IMG/VR virus record: IMGVR_UViG_3300021431_000114
Span: 1 to 64,000 of that record
DNA length: 64,000 bases
Strand: one strand, 5' to 3'
From: an uncultured virus (IMG/VR IMGVR_UViG_3300021431_000114)
Taxonomy: Duplodnaviria; Heunggongvirae; Uroviricota; Caudoviricetes
A model generated the notes under the pieces. It was not told the origin of the DNA and ran no database searches. It was given only the letters and a program-made list of their open reading frames with translations. Numbering within the stretch: position 1 is the stretch's first letter; every line of letters starts with the position of its first letter. Shown here in pieces: positions 1 to 8,218 of this stretch. The position numbers and the translations under genes are program-made.

Positions 1-36
1 GACTATCGCGCTCCCTACCCACACACCACAGACAGG

Positions 37-603
37 GTGGCAATAACGGAAAAACCGAAGATGTTGCTGTGGCTGCTCAATCAGGACTTCGACCTGCTGA
101 GTATGCTTCCAGAGGGACACGTCAGACCACATTTCAGTCTGTCGCACGACTCCATCGGCTTCGTGGCGGCGCAAGGTCATTGCAACTATCTAAAGACCGA
201 CACGCTGAAATTCTTCGGATGTGAGAAAGATGCCCGCGAGAATGCCGAGGAATACATCAAAGAGCAGAAAGCCAATGGCAACTACTTCCGGCTGTATCAC
301 CTTGTGGACGCGCAAGACCCCGACCGTGAGTTCTCGTTGAAGGATATACACTATCAGCGCATGGAACACTGCATCGGGCTTGACGGTGGCGAGGTTAAGA
401 ACGACCTCTACAAAGCCTACCGCAACAGCGTCACCTATACCGAGTGCGTACCCGAATGGGAAGACCTTGTGCGCAATGGCTATGCTAAGCGCAGCGGCGA
501 GATAGGGCAATCCATCTTCTACAGCGTCACCCGTAAGGGACTCAAAGCCGTAGCCTGTCGCAACGGCATCAGAATACGCTACGAGATAGAGATAAATCCA
601 TAA
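37..603 (+). CDS. hypothetical phage protein
   Basis: 188-aa ORF, same orientation as the downstream gene run; start uncertain (GTG). Confidence 0.55.
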   Translation: MAITEKPKMLLWLLNQDFDLLSMLPEGHVRPHFSLSHDSIGFVAAQGHCNYLKTDTLKFFGCEKDARENAEEYIKEQKANGNYFRLYHLVDAQDPDREFSLKDIHYQRMEHCIGLDGGEVKNDLYKAYRNSVTYTECVPEWEDLVRNGYAKRSGEIGQSIFYSVTRKGLKAVACRNGIRIRYEIEINP

Positions 604-640
604 AGAGAGGGAGGTTTGGTTTTGGAAAGCGAACTGTGAT

Positions 641-901
641 ATGGAAATAACACCGAAATTCAAATTTGTCGAGGGCAGCTTTGATACAAAGACGAACAAG
701 ATGCTTTGTATTGCCAGCGACAATCACGGCACTGTAGAGCTGTGCTTTAAGGAAGAAGGCTGCGGGTGGAATATCCCGTTTGCGGAAATAAAGCTGTACG
801 ACAGCGAACTTTACAAGGATTTCAAAGCTACAATGAGTGATGCAAAAGCGTTGGGCGACGAGATTGCAAGACGCTGGAACGAGTGTAACGATAAAAAGTA
901 A
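641..901 (+). CDS. hypothetical phage protein
   Basis: 86-aa ORF tightly packed with neighbours. Confidence 0.7.
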   Translation: MEITPKFKFVEGSFDTKTNKMLCIASDNHGTVELCFKEEGCGWNIPFAEIKLYDSELYKDFKATMSDAKALGDEIARRWNECNDKK

Positions 902-905
902 CGAC

Positions 906-1157
906 ATGGAAGCAATAACTATTACGCAGGAACAAAGCGGCTGGAAAGTGCAGCAGGGCGACAAGTATGCGGACGGATTGTGCTACGATGAAATGATGGG
1001 CGTTGTTTCTGCGCTGACAATGCCGAAGCAGCGACCTTGCTTGTCGTGGATGCGCACAAAGGAGCAGCACGAAGCATGGGAACGCACAATGAAAGAAGCG
1101 ATAGATAAGACACAGAAAGAGGCGAAGTGTGCCTTGCCAGTAATCAAAGTGAAGTAG
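906..1157 (+). CDS. hypothetical phage protein
   Basis: start moved to ATG 906 (ACGACATG context, directly after the previous stop). Confidence 0.7.
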   Translation: MEAITITQEQSGWKVQQGDKYADGLCYDEMMGVVSALTMPKQRPCLSWMRTKEQHEAWERTMKEAIDKTQKEAKCALPVIKVK

Positions 1158-1159
1158 CT

Positions 1160-1789
1160 ATGCAGAAGATAATGTATGATGACAATTACGGGCTGACAGA
1201 AGCAACGTTGCATGAGCTTAAGGACATGACGCGACGTATTGCCTATAACAAGGAGCTTAAGAATGAGCTTCACACGGGCTGGGACGAAAGCGGACACCTT
1301 ATCATGTGCGACGGCTGGATGCAAGTTGCACGCAGCAAATACGCAGTCGGCGAGGAAGTGGCTATTGCACAGTCGTACAAGACGCTGCTTGAAAGCGAGT
1401 ATATGCCTGCGGACATAGAGGATGCCGTCTGCGAGCTTGTACGCCAAGGGCATGCTGGCTGTACGAACAAAATGTTTGTCAAAGCGGAGCTTATGCCAAA
1501 GCGCATACGCATAAAGGCAATCAAGCTGGAGCGTTTGCAGGACATCACTCACGAGGACTGCCTGCGCGAGGGCATTTACAAGCACAACGCCCTGCCCGAC
1601 GCTTTGGGCGAGGATAGGTACAAGTTCATTTCCTACGCCTACGACGCAACGCAGGACAAGCACCGCAAGCGCAAATGGTTTCCAACACCACGCGAAGCAT
1701 TTGCTGCACTCATTGACAAAGTATCGGGCAAAGGCACATGGCAGCGTAACCCATACGTGTTTGTGTACACTTACGAACTAATTAAGTAA
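1160..1789 (+). CDS. conserved phage protein, ASCH/PUA-like
   Basis: MTRR near the N-terminus, ERLQDITHEDCLREG and C-terminal NPYVFVYTYEL are typical of this family; start at ATG 1160. Confidence 0.65.
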   Translation: MQKIMYDDNYGLTEATLHELKDMTRRIAYNKELKNELHTGWDESGHLIMCDGWMQVARSKYAVGEEVAIAQSYKTLLESEYMPADIEDAVCELVRQGHAGCTNKMFVKAELMPKRIRIKAIKLERLQDITHEDCLREGIYKHNALPDALGEDRYKFISYAYDATQDKHRKRKWFPTPREAFAALIDKVSGKGTWQRNPYVFVYTYELIK

Positions 1790-1795
1790 TCAGCT

Positions 1796-2137
1796 ATGGA
1801 CGGAAAGTTTAGAGAAAGTCAGTCGCAGTGGTGGGCACGCGAGTATATGGAACGCAGCGACGGGAAAGTAGGCGAAACAGACCTTGCAATAGCATTCAAA
1901 GCAGGACGCAAGGCAGCACGCTTAAGCCTTTGGCACTGGTGCAGTGAAAGCAGCCCAAAGATAACGACGAACAGACGCGTTGCAGTCGTGGAGTTCATCA
2001 CACGCGACGATTACGAAATCAACACAGTGTTGACATCGGAATATGCGAACTACACAAGAAAGCACGCTTGCGCCTTGTGGGCATACGTAGATGCACTGAT
2101 AGGAGTAAAACTGCAAAAAGACGAGAATCTGTTATGA
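1796..2137 (+). CDS. hypothetical phage protein
   Basis: 113-aa ORF in operon. Confidence 0.65.
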   Translation: MDGKFRESQSQWWAREYMERSDGKVGETDLAIAFKAGRKAARLSLWHWCSESSPKITTNRRVAVVEFITRDDYEINTVLTSEYANYTRKHACALWAYVDALIGVKLQKDENLL

Positions 2138-2195
2138 AGATATAGTAGAGTGTAACAAAGAACAATAGTAACAACTTCAAAGCAAAGCAGTAACT

Positions 2196-2414
2196 ATGAT
2201 AATAAAAGGAAGCAAGCAGCAGCGCAACGTAGCAAAGCGCACGAAGCAGCTGCAAAATGACATTAAAAGGCTCGTGCTTGACTACGAGCAAGAAGTGGGT
2301 TTGGAAGTGACAAAGATTGTCTGCTACAAGGACAATTCCTTTGACATTCCAACGTATGAAGTAAGCGTAGATGTAACACTACCAAAGTTCAAGGACGATG
2401 AAGATAACGACTAA
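2196..2414 (+). CDS. hypothetical protein
   Basis: 72-aa ORF with AACTATG start context. Confidence 0.6.
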   Translation: MIIKGSKQQRNVAKRTKQLQNDIKRLVLDYEQEVGLEVTKIVCYKDNSFDIPTYEVSVDVTLPKFKDDEDND

Positions 2415-2565
2415 GTACAAAGGAATTGACACGGCACTGCACTTTGTCAACGGCAAGCTGTATGTGACGGAAACGCAGGTGCAAGACGGCAAGATCGTCG
2501 CGCCCAAAAAATTAGACGTTACGGAACAAGTGGCGCAAGCAATAAACGCGTACATAAAGAAATAG
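2398..2565 (+). CDS. small hypothetical protein (55 aa)
   Basis: read by hand: MKITTKYKGIDTALHFVNGKLYV...AINAYIKK*; fills the operon gap. Confidence 0.55.
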   Translation: MKITTKYKGIDTALHFVNGKLYVTETQVQDGKIVAPKKLDVTEQVAQAINAYIKK

Positions 2566-2569
2566 CACT

Positions 2570-2743
2570 ATGACACGGAAAGAACTTGCTGAAAAGCTTT
2601 TCGGCGACGAAGCACTTTGCGAGTGCTGCCCTTGGACGAGGGACGAGGTAAGCAAGCCACGCATTGGAATGTGCGAGGGTAGCTACTGCGAACAAGCTTT
2701 AGACACGTATATAGACGAAAACAACATCATTACGAACAATTAA
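2570..2743 (+). CDS. small Cys-rich hypothetical protein (57 aa)
   Basis: read by hand: MTRKELAEKLFGDEALCECCPW...CEGSYCEQ. Confidence 0.55.
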   Translation: MTRKELAEKLFGDEALCECCPWTRDEVSKPRIGMCEGSYCEQALDTYIDENNIITNN

Positions 2744-2756
2744 AAGTAACACCATT

Positions 2757-2900
2757 ATGAAACAGAAAGAGATTGACAAAGCGATTGTACGCTGTTGGAA
2801 AAACGGCTGGTATGTTGACAACATTGCACGCATTGTAGGATGCACTGCGGACTATGCAAAGGAAGTGTTGGAGCGTAAAGGCTACACGGACATACAATGA
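2757..2900 (+). CDS. small protein, possibly HTH-like (47 aa)
   Basis: read by hand: GWYVDNIARIVGCTADYAKEVL resembles a helix-turn-helix. Confidence 0.5.
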   Translation: MKQKEIDKAIVRCWKNGWYVDNIARIVGCTADYAKEVLERKGYTDIQ

Positions 2901-3031
2901 GTAAGCACAGCAACGACTATTCAGCTATACTGTTTGCCATTTGGACGCTGCTGTTCCTTTGTTGGATGCAGCAGTGCTCCAATGGCGAAAAGCTGGACGA
3001 TATAAAACGAGAAATAATATGGCACAAGTAA
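2897..3031 (+). CDS. small membrane protein (44 aa)
   Basis: ATGA overlap with previous gene; hydrophobic stretch AILFAIWTLLFLCW. Confidence 0.45.
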   Translation: MSKHSNDYSAILFAIWTLLFLCWMQQCSNGEKLDDIKREIIWHK

Positions 3032-3061
3032 CGGAGTAACAATAAAACTGGAAACAATACT

Positions 3062-3472
3062 ATGCGAGAAATAGAATTTAGGGGCAAGCCAACACTTGAC
3101 GATGGCTTTGTGTACGGCGACCTTGAAGTAAGGCGCAAGGACGGCAGCTGTTTCATACACTGCTATGCGGAAGATGGAGCGTATTCGCATCAGGTGCAAG
3201 TAATGCCCGAAACTGTAGGGCAGTACACAGGCTGGAAACCAAAGAAATGTAATAAGCTATACGAGGGAGACATTGTAGGCTTTGACGATTGGGCTTTCAC
3301 AGAACGGCAGCGCAAAAAGATGAAGCACCACGTAGGCGTAATCAAATGGAGTACAGACGACGGGCGTTGGCAAGTGCATTGCGAGGACGGAATATATTTA
3401 GGAAATGACGTTGCAGACCCGCAGCTGTTAGGAAACATATATGATAACCCAGAACTTGTAAAAGACGTATGA
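3062..3472 (+). CDS. YopX family protein
   Basis: MREIEFRGK...TVGQYTG...YEGDIV...GNIYDNPEL signature. Confidence 0.9.
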   Translation: MREIEFRGKPTLDDGFVYGDLEVRRKDGSCFIHCYAEDGAYSHQVQVMPETVGQYTGWKPKKCNKLYEGDIVGFDDWAFTERQRKKMKHHVGVIKWSTDDGRWQVHCEDGIYLGNDVADPQLLGNIYDNPELVKDV

Positions 3473-3948
3473 CTATAGCAATCATCTACATTACATTGGG
3501 CGTGCTGTACACTGTTGCGTGCGTAATGGACGGGCAGGACGTAAAGCCGCTATGGAAACGTTGGCTGGGCAAGAAGCTTGCAACAGTTGCCAACTACTAC
3601 TACCCGATAAACTACTGCAATATGCAAAATTGCAGCTTCTATCACATTGCCACACGACCTCGAAGCCGCATGGATAGTGGAGCTGTGGAAATGACAGCCA
3701 GTCGTGGTTTGTATGATACTGTCAAACTGTCCGAAGGTATATGTATAACAGAGGGTGATGAGCTTGACGCAAGTCATCGCTACGGAGATAAGACAAGGAA
3801 TATTCTTGCTTATGAAGCACGCAGACACATTACCAACAGCATAATGAAAGCCGTAGAACAAAGTAACCTTGTCCGTTTCAATGTGCATCACGACGAGTAC
3901 AGCATGAGGACTTATGTAAAAGGTGAAATTGAAGTAGTAGTAAAATAA
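3469..3948 (+). CDS. hypothetical protein with N-terminal TM helix
   Basis: 159-aa ORF, ATGA overlap. Confidence 0.6.
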   Translation: MTIAIIYITLGVLYTVACVMDGQDVKPLWKRWLGKKLATVANYYYPINYCNMQNCSFYHIATRPRSRMDSGAVEMTASRGLYDTVKLSEGICITEGDELDASHRYGDKTRNILAYEARRHITNSIMKAVEQSNLVRFNVHHDEYSMRTYVKGEIEVVVK

Positions 3949-3960
3949 AACAAAGCAGAT

Positions 3961-4386
3961 ATGGAACAAACAGAAACTAAGAAATGCGTCCACTGCGGGC
4001 AGGAAAAGCCCGTAACGGAGTTTTACAAGGACAGTCACACGCGTGACGGGCTGCAAAGCTGGTGCAAGCAGTGCAGCAACAGCAGGAACAAGAAAACTGT
4101 TGAAAAGAAAGAAAAGGAACTGCTGGAAGCAGCACAGGAGCACTTGGAGCGTATGCAGCAGCAAGAAACCGAAGCAAGGAAGCCCCTCACGGCACAGCAG
4201 ATGTCTTTGGGCGTGATTGATTGGGAACAGCGCACGTTTGATACAGCTGCGCTGATCTTCGCGCAGATGTGCGCCGTAGTCAATCCTACAGAGCAGACGA
4301 GCAAGCTGTGCATCGAGTACGCCTTGCAGTTCGTCAGCAGCTATCGTGAACAATTAACGGAGGGAAATAACAATGAGACAGCCTAA
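3961..4386 (+). CDS. zinc-ribbon phage protein
   Basis: KKCVHCGQEKPVTEFYKD...DGLQSWCKQC motif. Confidence 0.7.
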   Translation: MEQTETKKCVHCGQEKPVTEFYKDSHTRDGLQSWCKQCSNSRNKKTVEKKEKELLEAAQEHLERMQQQETEARKPLTAQQMSLGVIDWEQRTFDTAALIFAQMCAVVNPTEQTSKLCIEYALQFVSSYREQLTEGNNNETA

Positions 4387-4594
4387 GTACAGCAAAGGGC
4401 AGCGTGTGCGCATCGTTGTCAACAACGTGCAGCCCGAATATGTGGGCAGCATTGGGCGCGTGTCACAAGTACGCTATCTGGACGTAGAGGAACCCGTGTA
4501 CAAAGTGCGCGTCAAAGGCGTAACACTGCGCCTTTGGGCTACGGAGGACTGTTTGGAAGCAGCAGACAGCAATGAAAAGGGAACTACCGCGTGA
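4373..4594 (+). CDS. small SH3/KOW-like protein
   Basis: KYSKGQRVRIV...GSIGRV pattern. Confidence 0.55.
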   Translation: MRQPKYSKGQRVRIVVNNVQPEYVGSIGRVSQVRYLDVEEPVYKVRVKGVTLRLWATEDCLEAADSNEKGTTA

Positions 4595-4790
4595 GCACTG
4601 GAACAAGGAGCGAGGGCGCAGACGTAAGGCAAAGCGCGGCTTTGACACTATACGCGACGCTTTCGCGTACTTGCAAAAGAACGGCTTGCAGGACACGTAC
4701 AGAGCCTATAAATGCAGCGTGTGCGGCAAGTACCACATAGGACACAGAAAGAAACCTATCAAAAAATATGTAGTATATGAAGAAATCTAA
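4572..4790 (+). CDS. small zinc-ribbon protein
   Basis: AYKCSVCGKYHIGH motif. Confidence 0.6.
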   Translation: MKRELPREHWNKERGRRRKAKRGFDTIRDAFAYLQKNGLQDTYRAYKCSVCGKYHIGHRKKPIKKYVVYEEI

Positions 4791-5001
4791 TCTAAAGCGA
4801 GCTGTTGAACTGGAAGCACAGCTCATGTCAATGGAAGCGGCAGAAAAGGTACTGCGTAAAGACCGGGACTGCCAAGTAGTGTTACATGACAGCAAGGGCA
4901 CACTGTCTGATGTCGTGCTGCCGCACAGCTTCGTTTATGACCTGCTGGGCAAGGTCAGAGCGTCAATCAATGTCATCAACAACGAAATAGAAACCCTGTA
5001 G
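4777..5001 (+). CDS. hypothetical protein
   Basis: 74-aa ORF in operon. Confidence 0.6.
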   Translation: MKKSNLKRAVELEAQLMSMEAAEKVLRKDRDCQVVLHDSKGTLSDVVLPHSFVYDLLGKVRASINVINNEIETL

Positions 5002-5004
5002 CGT

Positions 5005-5604
5005 ATGAAAGCGATAGGCATAAATTACAGCTTGGAGCAGGACAGTGACAACGTCAACGTTTGGCTCGTCAAAGACGACAAGAACGTTGAGCTGCTGTAT
5101 AGCGAGGACTGCTGTAAGCTGCGAGCAAACTTTGCTGATTACTACCAGCAGGCAGGATTGACGCTGGAGCAGTTTTTAACGGATGCAGTCATGTACGGAC
5201 AGCTTGCCGTTATGATGCAAGACTGCTTCATGCTTCAATGCCAGCGCCCGTTGGACGAACAAGAAGCACTGCACTTGAAGCACTATGGCGTGCAGCCGTT
5301 TTCGGGCATTGACTTCTGCGCAGACAGAGAGCTTTCGGACAGTGAAAAGTTCATCTGTGCGCTGATAACGTGCGATAATTCCGACTATGGGCTTACGAGC
5401 AAAACGCTCAACAAGCTTTTCGGTTGGACTACCTACAAAGCTCGCAAAGTAGCTCGCAGCGTGCAGCATAAAGTCGTCGTATCACTTGTAAGCGATAGCA
5501 GCGAAGGGTATTTCGGCAAAGGCTGGATGCTGACAGGCGCAATGCGCAGATTTGTCGGCAGCTACAAGCGCAAGGTAAGCGAAAGCAGAAAAAGCGGCGT
5601 GTAG
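5005..5604 (+). CDS. hypothetical protein, possible C-terminal winged helix
   Basis: 199-aa ORF in operon. Confidence 0.6.
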   Translation: MKAIGINYSLEQDSDNVNVWLVKDDKNVELLYSEDCCKLRANFADYYQQAGLTLEQFLTDAVMYGQLAVMMQDCFMLQCQRPLDEQEALHLKHYGVQPFSGIDFCADRELSDSEKFICALITCDNSDYGLTSKTLNKLFGWTTYKARKVARSVQHKVVVSLVSDSSEGYFGKGWMLTGAMRRFVGSYKRKVSESRKSGV

Positions 5605-5709
5605 CGGGTTAAAAGCAGCGCGGGCGATAAGTTGTAGGCTCGCGCTGCAAAACGCCCGCAAAACGAACAAAACCAAGCAAATTTCAAATTTTACATAACA
5701 TTACACAGT

Positions 5710-6117
5710 ATGACACAAAAAGAATTACTAAAGTCGGACGAGTTCCGCAAGCAGTTGGAAAGCAACATTGCACAGTTTGAAAACCGTCCTGCACTGCCAG
5801 CAGGGCAGAAGTACAAGCGCACACCCTACGACGAGCTTAAGGACAAAGGGATGCTGACGTTCCGCGAGCTTCGCAAGGAGTACGTGCGCATATTGGCAAA
5901 GGACAGCACGCTTTCCAGCAGCCAGCGCAAGGCAGTCAAGGACATCGTAAACGGTGCGCTGTTTGCTGCATACAGCGAAATAGTAAAACGCGAAAGGCAG
6001 ACGGAAGCCCAGAAGCAGGCAGAGCAGAAGCACGACGCACAGCAGCTTGCAGCGGGCATTGCTCCGCAGACCAACGCTGTTGTTCCTAAGCGGAAGCGAA
6101 AGAAAAAGGAAGCGTAA
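5710..6117 (+). CDS. hypothetical protein
   Basis: 135-aa ORF ending just before a terminator. Confidence 0.7.
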   Translation: MTQKELLKSDEFRKQLESNIAQFENRPALPAGQKYKRTPYDELKDKGMLTFRELRKEYVRILAKDSTLSSSQRKAVKDIVNGALFAAYSEIVKRERQTEAQKQAEQKHDAQQLAAGIAPQTNAVVPKRKRKKKEA

Positions 6118-6125
6118 AAATAAGG

Positions 6126-6174
6126 AGCGGACAGTGCAAATGGCAACACTGTCCGCTTTATTTTGTTCTTTTTT
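6126..6174. terminator. intrinsic terminator between convergent operons
   Basis: AGCGGACAGTG(6126-6136)/CACTGTCCGCT(6147-6157) 11-bp stem followed by a T-rich tract; A-tract on the other side. Confidence 0.75.
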
Positions 6175-6196
6175 ATGGCAAAAATCCTCGTTTAAG

Positions 6197-6721
6197 TTAC
6201 AGTAGCTTGCGACGTTGCAGCCACCAGCGAGCTAAGACAATACACGCAAGCAAAGCAAGTGCTACAAGCACAGCGTTTGCGAAGTAAAGGCGCATCTGCT
6301 GCCACTGCGTCAGCGGCTTGGCAACCTGCACCGTCTTAGTCACCCTTACGGTGTCGCGTTGAGAGATATAGGCAGTGTCACGCACAACCTTGTCCTTCCA
6401 GCGGACGTGCCAGCGGTCTGTGACGATACGCACAGTGTCGTTTGCCGTCCACTCATGCACATAGATACTGTCCTTGACAAAAACGCTGTCACGCTGCATC
6501 TTCTGAATGAAGCATGTGTCAGTCCTTGTCACGACTTTCTCAATGACCTTTGGCGAGCAGCTGCCAAACAGCGCACAGAAGCACAGCAGCACGAAGAATG
6601 CAGCAGCGTACACTATTGCTCCAATACAGCCGTAGCGCATAGCATCCTCGGGCTTCATACTCTTGTCCTGCTTGTACAGCTCATGCAGCCAGTAGTCGTT
6701 AGGGTTTGTATAGTTCATCAT
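6197..6721 (-). CDS. putative spanin-like lipoprotein
   Basis: hydrophobic segment ending in lipobox-like FGSC, DS/DT-rich beta region, C-terminal TM helix; last gene of lysis cassette. Confidence 0.6.
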   Translation of the reverse strand: MMNYTNPNDYWLHELYKQDKSMKPEDAMRYGCIGAIVYAAAFFVLLCFCALFGSCSPKVIEKVVTRTDTCFIQKMQRDSVFVKDSIYVHEWTANDTVRIVTDRWHVRWKDKVVRDTAYISQRDTVRVTKTVQVAKPLTQWQQMRLYFANAVLVALALLACIVLARWWLQRRKLL

Positions 6722-6735
6722 ATTAAGCGTGTTGT

Positions 6736-7350
6736 TTAGATGTGCGAATACTGCCGTGTAGCGTCAAACGATGGGCATGCCTTGTTTGCAAAGTCGCGGT
6801 GTCCGCGTATCTTTGCCGTCGGGTACAGCGTGCGCAACTGCTTAAGGAGCTTGAGCAGCGCGTCCTTTTGTGCAGGCGTGCGCGTGTCCTTTGGCGAAAG
6901 CCCGTCAGCCTTGCAGCCGCCAATATAGCAAACGCCAATGCTGTGCGTGTTGTGACCTACGCAGTGTGCGCCGGACACGTTGATGTCACGTCCGTTATGC
7001 ACGCTGCCGTCGCGGTATATGACGTAATGGTAGCCAATGGTAGTAAAGCCGCGCTGCTTATGCCAGCGCGTGATGTCGGCAACAGTGAAGTCCTTGCCCT
7101 CGGCGGTCGCGCTGCAATGCACGATAATCTCGTTGATAGTACGCTTGCTTTTCAACAGCGTGCTTCCGCTGGCTGTCATTGCTGCCCATGTCTTATCGCC
7201 AACAACACCGTCAGCAGCAAGCCCGTGGGCACGCTGAAACTCCATAACGGCTTCCTCGGTCAACGCCCCAAAGATACCGTCCGGCTGCAAGTGAAGCAGC
7301 TGTTGCAGCGTTACAACGTCCTTTCCTCTATGTCCTTTCTTTAGCAGCAT
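6736..7350 (-). CDS. endolysin: PG-binding domain + N-acetylmuramoyl-L-alanine amidase (T7 lysozyme type)
   Basis: DGIFGALTE/DGVVGDKTW PG_binding_1 motifs; IIVHCSAT, GYHYVI, GHRDF, KACPSF amidase motifs. Confidence 0.93.
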   Translation of the reverse strand: MLLKKGHRGKDVVTLQQLLHLQPDGIFGALTEEAVMEFQRAHGLAADGVVGDKTWAAMTASGSTLLKSKRTINEIIVHCSATAEGKDFTVADITRWHKQRGFTTIGYHYVIYRDGSVHNGRDINVSGAHCVGHNTHSIGVCYIGGCKADGLSPKDTRTPAQKDALLKLLKQLRTLYPTAKIRGHRDFANKACPSFDATRQYSHI

Positions 7351-7360
7351 ATCTTTTTCT

Positions 7361-7723
7361 TTAATATCCGTTCTGTGGCTCACGCTTCAAACACTTTGGC
7401 ACAACGCAGCGGTACTTTTGCAGTTCCAGCTCCAGTGCAGCCTTTTCAAGCATCAGCTTATGCTCGCGGTCTTGCGTCTCACGCAGCCTGGTTGTCTGCT
7501 CCACAAAGCGTTTTTCCTTTGCTGCATCCTGCTCAACCATGTTGTGCAGCTGCTCTTGCAGGAATTGCACAGTGTCGCGCAACACGCCAAACTCCGCGCT
7601 GTCTGCTTCTGCTTCTTCCTTGCGCTTGTTCGTCTTGCGGTTTAGAAAATACTTAACCGCTTCCCAACCGCCCAAGGCAGTCACTACGGTTGCCAATGTT
7701 CCTAAAATCAGTTCCCAGCTCAT
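7361..7723 (-). CDS. putative holin (single TM + coiled coil)
   Basis: N-terminal TM, basic stretch, coiled coil; directly upstream of endolysin. Confidence 0.6.
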   Translation of the reverse strand: MSWELILGTLATVVTALGGWEAVKYFLNRKTNKRKEEAEADSAEFGVLRDTVQFLQEQLHNMVEQDAAKEKRFVEQTTRLRETQDREHKLMLEKAALELELQKYRCVVPKCLKREPQNGY

Positions 7724-7756
7724 AGCCTACTCTTTTGTCGTTTCTTTGTTTCTACT

Positions 7757-7824
7757 GCAAAGATAAGCAGTATGCGCCAATAATAGCGCATACTGTTTAT
7801 TCAACGGCAAAATGCGTGTAAACA
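7757..7824 (-). promoter_or_regulatory. putative lysis promoter (-7 box TATCTTTG) with upstream GCGTGTAAACA box
   Basis: matches Bacteroidota TAnnTTTG consensus; 11-mer shared with the scaffold promoter region. Confidence 0.5.
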
Positions 7825-7828
7825 CGGA

Positions 7829-8215
7829 CTACTCCAAGATAACAAGGCTATCGTCAGCATCCAGCTTTATGTGCGCAAACTGCATCTGCGGAAGCGAGAT
7901 AATGCCTTGTATCTCTATGCCCGTCTGCGCCTTTATGCTGTCGATAATGCTGCTGATGTCGGCAAGCAGGAACTGCGTGAGCACGCGGTCTTGCAAGTAC
8001 GCAAACGTGTTGCAGTAGTACGCCGTGAACTCACCGCCCGCTCCTACAAGCTTGCTGCCAAAAGGCTTGCCCTTGACAAGCCCGTACTTCTTGCGAATGT
8101 CACGTGACAGCAGCCCGACGGTTGCGCCCGTGTCAAGCAGCAGGTTGGCAGGCTTGCCGTTAAGCGTAGCCTGCACAATAAGCCGCTTTTCTGATAGTGA
8201 TTTAATTTCCTTCAT
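7829..8215 (-). CDS. retropepsin-like aspartic protease
   Basis: LLLDTGAT catalytic motif, VGAGG flap, IQGII C-terminal motif; single 128-aa domain. Confidence 0.85.
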   Translation of the reverse strand: MKEIKSLSEKRLIVQATLNGKPANLLLDTGATVGLLSRDIRKKYGLVKGKPFGSKLVGAGGEFTAYYCNTFAYLQDRVLTQFLLADISSIIDSIKAQTGIEIQGIISLPQMQFAHIKLDADDSLVILE

Positions 8216-8218
8216 ATC

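Noticed and set aside
1..640. Slightly different composition at the window start, possible host or prophage boundary
   Set aside because: The ORF still looks phage-like and is co-oriented; no att site or host gene evidence
5601..5660. Hairpin with GATAAGTTGTAGGC, loosely similar to motifs near 41710, 34488 and 52296
   Set aside because: Similarity too short and degenerate to support a repeat family by eye
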